From a virus (Duplodnaviria; Caudoviricetes): DNA of 56,542 nucleotides. The position numbers were made by a program, and so were the translations under genes. The stretch covers positions 1-56,542 of the IMG/VR virus record IMGVR_UViG_3300008952_002040; one strand, written 5' to 3'. The notes under the pieces are model-generated. The model saw nothing but the letters and a program-made list of their open reading frames with translations. It did not search any database and had not been told where the DNA came from. Shown here piece after piece: positions 17,494 to 26,338 of the stretch (the stretch's first letter is position 1; every line of letters starts with the position of its first letter).

Positions 17494-20085
17494 TTATCCA
17501 ATTGCTGGTGGTTGCGCTATTGTCTGCCTGTGCTCGGCCATATTACCGTGCATTGATGTAGGATATCCTGACATACAAATACGGTTCCGATCATTTTTCC
17601 ACACATAATGCCAATAATGACTAGTTGTGTCATTACCAGCATAATGAACCGGCCTAATATCTTCCATGTGACCTTGAAAATCATTCATTAGTCTGGGCAT
17701 TTGCAATTTACCATTATTCTTTTCTTCTACTAGATTGGGTAAATTTTGTGAAGCACCTGCCCAAGTATCAGTATACCCCATTGATAGTGAGCCTTGATTA
17801 TTCCTGCCATTAACAAAACAGCTTCCTGAATTTGTAATAACACCTACATTAACATAATGGTAAGAAGTGCTGTTACCCATATTGTTATTAACCACCTTTT
17901 TAATATTTGTAACCGCTGCGGTTAGACCCCCAATAGTCCATTCTGGAATTACTGGTGCTGTTGAGTCTGTTGTTGTGCCGTTGCACAGTTGATATGAATT
18001 ATTACGGCCACAAGAATTAACTACTCCACTTGTATTCTGTGTCCACATTGATCCAAATTGACCGTTGCCAACAAACCAGAAATTGTCACAATCACCTGTG
18101 CCACTACCGTGTCCTAAAGCAGTCTGTACAAATGAATTCTGTTGTGCGGTTCCTCCAGCCATAGCCCAACCATACCCATTATATCCACAGGTGTATAATC
18201 TGCCGTCGTCAGCTAAAACAGCCGCTCGGCCGTAACTACCCCTCCCATCAACCTGGACTTTTACGATTTTAGTAGTTGTAGCAGCAAAAGTTGTAGTAGC
18301 AGTAGAGCCTGATGGTCCGATACATGGCACTGGCACCGATTGGTTAGAAGTATTGCCTCGTCCTAATTGACCATATCCATTATAACCGCAACTGTAAAGC
18401 ACGTTTGTTGCTGTTAAGAAATAACTGCACCCATAAGTATGACCACACAACCACATATCAATAATATCTTCATTAAGGAAGAATGCTCTGTTAATTTTTG
18501 TGGGCTGAGTTCGCTGGGTTGTTGTACCATCTCCCAATTGACCATAACCGTTGTATCCCCACATCCAAACATCACCATTCTCATCAATAGCACCACAATG
18601 GTGTGTACTATCCGGACCATCCCAATCACTTATAGCTATTTTGGAAATTCTCAAATCTCTCCAAGTATGATTTGTTGCATTGGTTGCTTCATATACATTT
18701 TGGTAAGAACCACCAACTCTTACTGGATAACTTCTGGTAGAAGTTGATGCATCACCACTTTGGCCGTGTCCACCATAACCCCAGTGATATACTTCACCAT
18801 TGTTAAATAATGCCATACCAGTGTCATACCCCTGTAATAGTTGAATACATTTAGGAACTTGTCCATCAGGAGTTTTGTGAACGCCTGTTCCGCCGTGGTC
18901 GGTGGAACGATACCAATCTAAAAACGGAAAAACCACATTTGTTGCTGTATAAAATGTTTGATTTGTACCACTTCCGCCTCCACTATTTGAACCTATATGC
19001 ATTACGCCGCCGCGGCCGTTGATCCAATTGACCATATTGACTGAATATGTGCCTGGAAATTGTCCATCTTTACTTCGTGAAAGTAACTCTGACCCAATAA
19101 TTCTATCGTGATTGGAGATTTCTAAGGTCTCCAAATAATCACCAGTAAACGTAGCAATCTGACCTTGTGCTTTATTTGAAGCTATAACTGAATCATCAAA
19201 GTCGTGTCTAGAATTAATTAATTTCCAATTTGAATTATTATCCCAAGGCTTAGTAGCTTGTGTACCATCAGCTGTATTTTCTATAGTACAAATGTACATT
19301 GCTTCAGTTGACCGAGATTGGTCAGCCATAAGCATTCCGGTACCAGAAAAGGATGCGCCGCCTAACGTATTATCATAATCTACCGTAACTTTAACAACAT
19401 CATTCTTATAATATACTGTGCCGTTTGTATTATCATGTGTGCCTCGATAATTAAAACTTTCCCTAATTGGTGTCCAATACTGTGTTGCGTTTGTTACTGC
19501 AATTTCATTACCCATACCAGCACCATGTGCATCACAGAAATACCATAAATCTGCTGGTGATCCACCAACAGGTGCATCAGGTGCAAATTTGATTTCTATT
19601 CTGCGTGTTGTAGCTGCATTGAATTTTGCCAATGTTGACCATTCTGTTTGAGTTACCCACGCACCATCTAAATAATAACGAACATTCTTCGTATATAGAT
19701 TTGATGTTTGTGACGATGCTGTTGTAGCAAACTCTAAAGGGTGTCCATCATTAGAAGAATCATCTAAATTAAAATGATGTGTTTCACCTCGGTTCACAGT
19801 AAGAGCTGGATTCGTAGTTGCAGCACTTGGATTGCCTACCCCTTCTCCAGCAAAATGGAATGTATTTCCTGATCCTGAAGGATACAGAGTTCCTGCTGCA
19901 ACAGTAACGGTATAAGTTACTGACTTTGGAATTGCAGGTGCCTGAGCCGCTGGAACAGTTGTTAATGCTACAAAATCTGTATTACGATGTTCTACTACAT
20001 CATCTTCCAGATAAGTCGCACCATTATCAAAGGCTCCTTTATAATTGAAATGCAGATTCCCTATTTGTGTTGTTGTAACTGCCAT
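17494..20085 (-). CDS. RCC1/BLIP-II-like beta-propeller virion protein with cupredoxin-like insert, paralog 1 (863 aa)
   Basis: ENGDVWMWGYNGYGQLG, VLYSCGYNGYGQLG, DGRLYTCGYNGYG repeats; NPALTVNRGET..F...GHPL.F...LWYFCDAHGAGMG cupredoxin-like segment. Confidence 0.82.
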   Translation of the reverse strand: MAVTTTQIGNLHFNYKGAFDNGATYLEDDVVEHRNTDFVALTTVPAAQAPAIPKSVTYTVTVAAGTLYPSGSGNTFHFAGEGVGNPSAATTNPALTVNRGETHHFNLDDSSNDGHPLEFATTASSQTSNLYTKNVRYYLDGAWVTQTEWSTLAKFNAATTRRIEIKFAPDAPVGGSPADLWYFCDAHGAGMGNEIAVTNATQYWTPIRESFNYRGTHDNTNGTVYYKNDVVKVTVDYDNTLGGASFSGTGMLMADQSRSTEAMYICTIENTADGTQATKPWDNNSNWKLINSRHDFDDSVIASNKAQGQIATFTGDYLETLEISNHDRIIGSELLSRSKDGQFPGTYSVNMVNWINGRGGVMHIGSNSGGGSGTNQTFYTATNVVFPFLDWYRSTDHGGTGVHKTPDGQVPKCIQLLQGYDTGMALFNNGEVYHWGYGGHGQSGDASTSTRSYPVRVGGSYQNVYEATNATNHTWRDLRISKIAISDWDGPDSTHHCGAIDENGDVWMWGYNGYGQLGDGTTTQRTQPTKINRAFFLNEDIIDMWLCGHTYGCSYFLTATNVLYSCGYNGYGQLGRGNTSNQSVPVPCIGPSGSTATTTFAATTTKIVKVQVDGRGSYGRAAVLADDGRLYTCGYNGYGWAMAGGTAQQNSFVQTALGHGSGTGDCDNFWFVGNGQFGSMWTQNTSGVVNSCGRNNSYQLCNGTTTDSTAPVIPEWTIGGLTAAVTNIKKVVNNNMGNSTSYHYVNVGVITNSGSCFVNGRNNQGSLSMGYTDTWAGASQNLPNLVEEKNNGKLQMPRLMNDFQGHMEDIRPVHYAGNDTTSHYWHYVWKNDRNRICMSGYPTSMHGNMAEHRQTIAQPPAIG

Positions 20086-20113
20086 TTTTGTTCCTCTATA
20101 CTAATCCTTTATA

Positions 20114-23100
20114 TTATGTAACTGTAAGTTGTAAATGTCCCTTTGAAGAAACAGCAACATCTGTTGTCGTACTTCCATGGAACCATTGCGTATCAACCAT
20201 ATCGGTATTTGGCAATGATGTTGATTGCGATGGCACATTAAAGTTAGTGGACCTAATTTCTATCAAAGCACCAGTCAAAGGATCTGCATATAAAGCTGTT
20301 GTTGTTGAAGTAGCTTCTTCGTCAACATAAACTTTATTTGTAACATCATTATTGACAGTTGGCGCAATTGCTGTTTGTGTCTGTGCTTCAAGTAAAATCT
20401 TACCTGTACCATCTGTTTGTAATTTTAAATCTCCATTAGTTGCTGTAGTAATAATAATGTTACTATGTAGTTTTAACTGACCAACAAGAATTTCGTTGAC
20501 TGTCAGGTTGTTACTACCACCACCTAACTGGGTTTCAACATACGTTCTAATTGCTTTCTCTGTTACAAGAGCATTATCTGAATTTCCTGACAACGTTCCA
20601 TCTGTCGAGAATTCTGAAACTGTAGCCCCAAAACTTCCAAGTGCAACAGATCCTAGTGACAGTTCTTGTAGACCTGAAAGGTCAAAACTCTCAGCATTAA
20701 GTGTAGCCTTACCAGTGGCCTGATGTACTTTGAATAGGTCACCAACTCTGTAGTTACCATCTTGGTCAGTCGATGTGTAGAATACTCTACCACGATCTTT
20801 CTCAATAACCTCATCGTCAGCATCGGATGCCTGTAATGGTTCTTCAGTCGGATAGTTGGTGTCTGCAAAACTACCAGTACCAATATCCAAGAAGTCATGT
20901 CCAGTCATTCTGATGTTAGAGTACTTATCCCTAAACGTAATAGCTGTATTGTCAGGCGGAGTTAATGCCTTTGTTATAAGCGGCGAACAAGTAATTGTTG
21001 CCTGTCCAAGACCACCTGTAACTGCATTGGCCGTTGAAGCAACAAATGTATGTGCTGTTGTGTTAGATGATACACCAACATTCACGGTAAGTGTATCTGC
21101 TGTTACTGCTGTGATGGACAATGATGCACCATTACCTGCAGGATCAGCTGGCCGTGGGTATAAATGGTTACTACCATGACTATCTTCAGCACAAGTAAAT
21201 GTTAAACTTTGATTTGCAATCTCTATTGTTTGACCAACTGTCAAGGAGTGTGCCCCAACTGTTAATACTAATACACCTGTTCCGGGATTATATGTTGCCG
21301 CAGACGGAGTAAACTTTGTCTGGCCCACATAATTAGTAGCACTAACAACCAAGTAACTTGTATTGCCGTCATGTGCAAACTGAAAACTAGCTCCTTCTTT
21401 AGGTTCCTTTGATAGACCATCAGCAACAAAACTGTTACCCACTGGGTTGATGTTTGAATAACCATCACCACTTATGGTTCCTGTTGTTGTTGCAGTCTTA
21501 TATCCTGTACCACCCACAGTAATAGTTGATTGGCCAATTACTCCATTACCTATTATAGGAGTTGCAGTTCCTAATGTTGTTGCATTGGGGTCAGTAATTA
21601 TTGCTGTTGGTGCAGAACTATATCCTGCTCCAGCATCAAGAATAAAGATTTTCTGAATCTTCGCCGACTTAACCGACACTCTAGCCAAAGCCGTTCTAGA
21701 TGGTGTACCACCGCCTGTGAAATGAATTCGTGGTTCAATTTCATAAGTCGTTGTGGCATCTAGTGTTGTCTCAGCAGATGATCTGCCTCCAAAATAATCC
21801 CAACCAGAACCTGCAGCTTCATTAACTATTGTACAAACTTTAGTTGATCCGTTATGGGCACTAATAATACCTGTCTGACCTGTGCCAGTACCATCGGTAA
21901 TAGTAATTCTCATTCCATTATAGAAACCCGTTACGTTTGTATCTGACAAAGCAAGAGTAATAGTTGTTGCAGTACCAGTCTGAGCAGACGATGTAGTTGT
22001 TACATGGTTCTCACCAGTTGTTGTAACATCAACGTGTCTAACACCACCATCATTGATAGCAAGTGTAGCAGCCCCACTAGCGCCTGCACCAGAAAATGCG
22101 ATTGTAGCAGTTTCTATAGTAGCAACATTAAATGTTAGTGCAGGTGCACCGCCGCCTCCCAACTGAGAGTCGTTGATACTAATTGTATCAGTTGCGGCAT
22201 GAGCATCACCACCACTAATTAGGAGATGACCTGTTACTTGACCAGAACTACCAATATCTATATTAACTATTAAGCCAGTACCAGAACCTGTTGTAGCGTC
22301 TTGAGTACAAGCAACATAAGAACCTTGAGTTCGTGAACCGTGAGCCGCACCAAAAGTACCTAGTGTAGCGGCAACGCCATGGTTATAATTATTACCAGCG
22401 TATTCAAATTCGATTCTCTGTATAGCACCTGTGCCTGCAGTATTATGTCCTGCAAGTACTCGTCCCACTATAGCCTGTTGGCTTAAGTTATTAACAGTAC
22501 CTGTTGCAGGTACTTCAAGTGGGTCTACACCAGAAGATACAGCTCCGTATTCTCCGTATGAGTTGTTACAGTTTGCAGCTCGAATTGTACCACCCGAATC
22601 TGCAAGGTAACCCATATGACAATAGTATGTAAACACAGATACAATTTCTGATCGGCCAGCGTTCTTTGTCCAAACACCAACACCATCATCACATATCTGT
22701 GTGAAGTCATTAGCAAGAATAGAATCATAACCCATCGGGTGTAATCCACCATCAATCTTAATGCCTACAGCACCAGAATAACTAATGTGTACTGCGTTCT
22801 GAACAAATGGTGACTGTAGATAAACAAGTCCGTTCGGATCAAGAGCAACAGCAACACCAGACCTTGTAGCGCCTGCTGTTTCTGTCGGTCGTTGTAGACC
22901 ATCAGATGAAGCAGATGCCAACTGACCGATAAGACCCGTCATGGTCATGCCACGAATAGTAGTCTTTTCGTTCATCTGGAACATATCAGAGCGGTTGTTA
23001 GGTGTTGAACCGTCATCTGAATTACCGGAAGTAGGTTTGACTGTAACACTTCTCATTTCATCACCCATAACGGCAACACCTTCTGGGACTTTAATCGGTA

Positions 23101-24898
23101 ACTGCTCTTCATAGATACCGGTCCTAACAAATAAAGTTCTAGAATCGGTTGTTGGTGTAACTAGTGCAGGCAAAGTCGAAAGACCGCTATCTAAAGCATT
23201 AGTATCTATTAAAATACTAGCAGTAATAATTGCATCAGTGCCAGCTTCTCCATTGTTCCCGGAAGTGTCCTGTGTAGTTATTACTGGAGATTGTAGTGAA
23301 CTATAAGCTGTACCAGTGAATATATTGTTATTAATAATATCACGCAATTTTTCGTGAACAAGCTTTTCTGGTTCCCGTGTACCGTCAATTAATGCGGTAT
23401 CACCAGAAGGGCCACCAGGATAAGTGTCATTTGCCCAAAACATCATAGCAAACTGTCTGATCCAAGAATTACCCCCATAGACCATATCATGGTCTAAAGA
23501 ATCAATTAAATAACCAACGTCCCTTTCGCACTTACCACTGTCGTATGTATAATTATACCAAGGTGAACCAGGGTTGCTAGTATTAAGAAATACCTGTTGA
23601 GCAATCCAAGCAACGACCTCATCTTTCAGGAATTCTTTATTATTAGTTAATCGAAGCGAAGCATCAGGATTAGATTTTGCAGCTGAATCTAATGCTTCAC
23701 AAGCATATTTAATTGTTAAATAAGGCTTATCAGGTGTTGTTCCTCGTCCTGAAGTAGCATCATCCGCACCGTTCTTACCAACATAAAACACACCAGGAAC
23801 AACACCAGAATAACCCCATTCTGGCTCTTGACCGGCAGAATCAACTTTAAGAACTTGTCCGGATGTACCAATAGGAATTCTATAATTTGCAGTAGCATTT
23901 CGTGATAGCACATCACCCCGTTGGGTTAATACTGCCTGCGAATCACCCTCTGCAAGTACATCCCAGTAAGTTCCGATACTGTCTGTAACCGGATCATTAA
24001 CACCATTTGAAGCAGTGTGAGTAAGCTTACAACGATAAGAATTTGCTAGATGACTAACTGTGTCACCTGGATTATAAACCGTAGTGTCTGTCCAACTATC
24101 TCTCCATGTAAAGCCTTCTACAATTTTTTCCCAATGTGTTGCTGAATCTGGGGTGTTTCCTGTTGTATCTACTTTAGCAGAATATGAATGTCCGCCAAAG
24201 ATTACAACATCACCTGGACTATAAGCAGTAGAATTATTATATGTACTCTTTAATTTAAATCCAGTAGATAATATTTCCCAATCAGAAGTATTATTATAAG
24301 GAGAAACCCCTACATTTTGTCTAACAGCGGCATAAGTGTATCCGCCATAAGTTACAACATCACCTAACTGGTACTGTGTGCCTGCTGCCCAAGAATCCTC
24401 AAATTCTAAACCAGAAGCAAATAGATCAAATTTAGTTTCGTCTAATGTAGCACCTGCGGTGTGTTGTGTGTTACAAATATATGTTGATGCACCATACTTG
24501 ACTACATCATTAAGTTTGTAATCTGTTGCGTTTGTGTAAGCACCCTTCCAAGCAAACCCAGAGTTATACTCTGTCCACTTTGCTGTATCATCATATAAAC
24601 TAGCTTGTGATGTGTGTCCGGTGTTACAAATATAATTCTTACCACCCCAAGAAATTACTTCGTCTACTTTATAATAAGTAGTTGCGGTCCATGCACCTTT
24701 CCAAGCCTGTCCACTTGTAAACTTTGCTAGTTTAGAAGCAGCAAGGTCAACATAAAAATCTGCATTTGAGGTGTGGTTTTCCTTTACGACATAAACATTA
24801 CCACCATACTCCACACAATCATCTTTAATGTATGCTGTGGCTGTTGTCCATTCGCCTTTAAATTGGAATCTAATTCTTCCTAATACAAAATCTGCCAT
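20114..24898 (-). CDS. Large virion protein (1594 aa): six N-terminal CBM5/12-like repeats plus a pectate-lyase-like beta-helix; tailspike/fibre candidate
   Basis: Six tandem units such as WKGAWTATTYYKVDEVISWGGKNYICNTGHTS; VFYVGKNGADD...GTTPDKPYLTIKYA; G.YEEQLPI.VP...MGDEMRS; SPFVQN, SILANDFTQI; G/T-rich C-terminal half. Confidence 0.78.
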   Translation of the reverse strand: MADFVLGRIRFQFKGEWTTATAYIKDDCVEYGGNVYVVKENHTSNADFYVDLAASKLAKFTSGQAWKGAWTATTYYKVDEVISWGGKNYICNTGHTSQASLYDDTAKWTEYNSGFAWKGAYTNATDYKLNDVVKYGASTYICNTQHTAGATLDETKFDLFASGLEFEDSWAAGTQYQLGDVVTYGGYTYAAVRQNVGVSPYNNTSDWEILSTGFKLKSTYNNSTAYSPGDVVIFGGHSYSAKVDTTGNTPDSATHWEKIVEGFTWRDSWTDTTVYNPGDTVSHLANSYRCKLTHTASNGVNDPVTDSIGTYWDVLAEGDSQAVLTQRGDVLSRNATANYRIPIGTSGQVLKVDSAGQEPEWGYSGVVPGVFYVGKNGADDATSGRGTTPDKPYLTIKYACEALDSAAKSNPDASLRLTNNKEFLKDEVVAWIAQQVFLNTSNPGSPWYNYTYDSGKCERDVGYLIDSLDHDMVYGGNSWIRQFAMMFWANDTYPGGPSGDTALIDGTREPEKLVHEKLRDIINNNIFTGTAYSSLQSPVITTQDTSGNNGEAGTDAIITASILIDTNALDSGLSTLPALVTPTTDSRTLFVRTGIYEEQLPIKVPEGVAVMGDEMRSVTVKPTSGNSDDGSTPNNRSDMFQMNEKTTIRGMTMTGLIGQLASASSDGLQRPTETAGATRSGVAVALDPNGLVYLQSPFVQNAVHISYSGAVGIKIDGGLHPMGYDSILANDFTQICDDGVGVWTKNAGRSEIVSVFTYYCHMGYLADSGGTIRAANCNNSYGEYGAVSSGVDPLEVPATGTVNNLSQQAIVGRVLAGHNTAGTGAIQRIEFEYAGNNYNHGVAATLGTFGAAHGSRTQGSYVACTQDATTGSGTGLIVNIDIGSSGQVTGHLLISGGDAHAATDTISINDSQLGGGGAPALTFNVATIETATIAFSGAGASGAATLAINDGGVRHVDVTTTGENHVTTTSSAQTGTATTITLALSDTNVTGFYNGMRITITDGTGTGQTGIISAHNGSTKVCTIVNEAAGSGWDYFGGRSSAETTLDATTTYEIEPRIHFTGGGTPSRTALARVSVKSAKIQKIFILDAGAGYSSAPTAIITDPNATTLGTATPIIGNGVIGQSTITVGGTGYKTATTTGTISGDGYSNINPVGNSFVADGLSKEPKEGASFQFAHDGNTSYLVVSATNYVGQTKFTPSAATYNPGTGVLVLTVGAHSLTVGQTIEIANQSLTFTCAEDSHGSNHLYPRPADPAGNGASLSITAVTADTLTVNVGVSSNTTAHTFVASTANAVTGGLGQATITCSPLITKALTPPDNTAITFRDKYSNIRMTGHDFLDIGTGSFADTNYPTEEPLQASDADDEVIEKDRGRVFYTSTDQDGNYRVGDLFKVHQATGKATLNAESFDLSGLQELSLGSVALGSFGATVSEFSTDGTLSGNSDNALVTEKAIRTYVETQLGGGSNNLTVNEILVGQLKLHSNIIITTATNGDLKLQTDGTGKILLEAQTQTAIAPTVNNDVTNKVYVDEEATSTTTALYADPLTGALIEIRSTNFNVPSQSTSLPNTDMVDTQWFHGSTTTDVAVSSKGHLQLTVT

Positions 24899-24902
24899 TG
24901 TT

Positions 24903-25331
24903 TTATCCTATCCAGTTTTCTGTTGCACCGTTTTCTGTTGCGGCGTAAGTATAATTTTGATTATATCTGGCTACTAATTCTCCATCACTATTCATATAAT
25001 ATGTTAATTTATTTTTATCCATTCTCATCTGATCGAAAGCTCTATCGCCTCGGTCAGATTCGTATTGTTCCCGGCCAGACTCTGTATAACCCTTTAGAGA
25101 AGCATTAACATTTACATCAGAGCCATCTAAATTTTCTTCTAAATCTTCTATGCCGTTATAAGCGAAACCTTCACCGCTATTTATACTTATTGATTCTTCT
25201 CCAGACATATAGACTTTCTTATAATATAGTATTCCATCATCATCTACATCCAAAACATGAAGAGCATATTCGTCTGTTATAGCTGCTTCTCTACTCTCCG
25301 CTTTAGCAGCTGTGCTTATAAGCATTGGCAT
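24903..25331 (-). CDS. Hypothetical protein (142 aa), probably structural
   Basis: Start overlaps the upstream stop; acidic; lies in the structural operon. Confidence 0.7.
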   Translation of the reverse strand: MPMLISTAAKAESREAAITDEYALHVLDVDDDGILYYKKVYMSGEESISINSGEGFAYNGIEDLEENLDGSDVNVNASLKGYTESGREQYESDRGDRAFDQMRMDKNKLTYYMNSDGELVARYNQNYTYAATENGATENWIG

Positions 25332-25669
25332 TAGGTGACCTCCAAAATACTAAGGAAAACTTCCAGATGCGTAACATCTGACACCACCCTAATTATGTCT
25401 GAAGCTTCTAAATTAATAGGCTTATCTAATATTAAGGTATTTTGAGCTGCAACTTCTAATGATTTTCCTATATGTCTAAATGTTGTTCCACCATCTACCG
25501 TAACTTTAATATCACAATTAGCTACACTAGTCAGTGAAGTGTTTGATAGATATACTGCATGTAATACTGCCCTTGAAGATGCTGGTGAAGCAGGACAGGT
25601 ATAAACATCTGCTGAGCTATCATCTGTCGTTGAACATATCATCCCTGCATTTTTAAAATTACTTGCCAT
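25331..25669 (-). CDS. 112-aa beta-rich virion protein, paralog of 41284..41622
   Basis: MASNFKN...VYTCPA...YLSN...L.LDKPINLEASDIIRV...SILE aligns by eye with MANDFKN...LYTTPA...DIAN...KIVLETGDVLKV...SLLE. Confidence 0.78.
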   Translation of the reverse strand: MASNFKNAGMICSTTDDSSADVYTCPASPASSRAVLHAVYLSNTSLTSVANCDIKVTVDGGTTFRHIGKSLEVAAQNTLILDKPINLEASDIIRVVSDVTHLEVFLSILEVT

Positions 25670-25672
25670 ATA

Positions 25673-26053
25673 TTATCCACCAAATACTACCGAGAAGGCT
25701 AGTATGTCTCCATCTGTTGCTAAAGTACCATTTGAATTTGGTAAGGTGATAGTTCTATCAACATCCGGATCAGCAGCAGTAAGAGTCGTTTCAGCTGCAT
25801 CGGGTGTTGATCCTTCAAAGACAATATTAGAACCGTCTAAGTGAATATCATTAGATGTTGAATTGTTTGTTGTTGTTACATCGTGCAAAGTAACACCGAC
25901 TGCACCACCAATTTCTTTAATTGCATTAGAACTATCTTTAATAAAAAGTTTCTGATCAGCGGTGTTGATTGCAATTTCACCCACCTCTAAATCACTGGTT
26001 CCTGGTGGGGTACTTGCGGTTTCGTTACGCTTTACTTTTATAACTGTTGCCAT
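25673..26053 (-). CDS. Short fibre-like adaptor protein (126 aa)
   Basis: N-terminal IKVKR....STP...DLEVGEIAINTAD.KLF (same motif class as the 1880-aa fibre), FEGSTPD..ETTL...DP..DRTITLP, C-terminal LAFSVVFGG. Confidence 0.75.
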   Translation of the reverse strand: MATVIKVKRNETASTPPGTSDLEVGEIAINTADQKLFIKDSSNAIKEIGGAVGVTLHDVTTTNNSTSNDIHLDGSNIVFEGSTPDAAETTLTAADPDVDRTITLPNSNGTLATDGDILAFSVVFGG

Positions 26054-26082
26054 TTATAGTCCCTTTTTATAAATTATACTAT

Positions 26083-26090
26083 TATTTATA
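26083..26090 (-). promoter_or_regulatory. T4-type late promoter TATAAATA
   Basis: Intergenic, upstream of the 26053 start (AGGGA RBS). Confidence 0.72.
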
Positions 26091-26133
26091 CTTTTCTTTA
26101 TTGCTAAACCTTGAACTTTTGTGCAAAATGTCC

Positions 26134-26153
26134 AAATATTTATATAAATATTT
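26134..26153. promoter_or_regulatory. 20-bp perfect palindrome holding back-to-back TATAAATA boxes (candidate bidirectional late promoter)
   Basis: AAATATTTATATAAATATTT is its own reverse complement; TATAAATA on + at 26143-26150 and on - at 26137-26144. Confidence 0.65.
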
Positions 26154-26185
26154 TTATTATAATATAATGGATGAGGAACTATTCC

Positions 26186-26338
26186 ATGCAGAAATTAAAA
26201 CAACCTAAGCGTGTAAAAAAGAAACTTATAATAATGATGTCGGCCAGTTCGGCCGAACATCATAATGGATGGCCACCAGATAGACAATCTCGCAAGAAAG
26301 GACCAAAATTAACAATACTATTCAAACACATCAAATAA
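26186..26338 (+). CDS. Putative 50-aa Lys-rich peptide (not in ORF track)
   Basis: MQKLKQPKRVKKKLIIMMSASSAEHHNGWPPDRQSRKKGPKLTILFKHIK*. GAGGA lies 8 nt before the ATG and a + strand TATAAATA lies upstream; it overlaps the radical SAM gene convergently by 21 nt. May be non-coding. Confidence 0.45.
   Translation: MQKLKQPKRVKKKLIIMMSASSAEHHNGWPPDRQSRKKGPKLTILFKHIK
26234..26263 (-). terminator. GC-rich hairpin, possible terminator of the minus-strand island transcript
   Basis: ATGATGTCGGCC-AGTTC-GGCCG(A)ACATCAT: 12-bp stem with a 1-nt bulge, ~55 nt past the 26318 stop; on the minus strand it is followed by TATTATAAGTTTCTTTTTT. Confidence 0.4.

Noticed and set aside
12063-20085. Diversity-generating retroelement targets in the paralogous propeller genes
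   Set aside because: No reverse transcriptase and no near-identical template/variable repeat pair with adenine-specific mismatches was visible.
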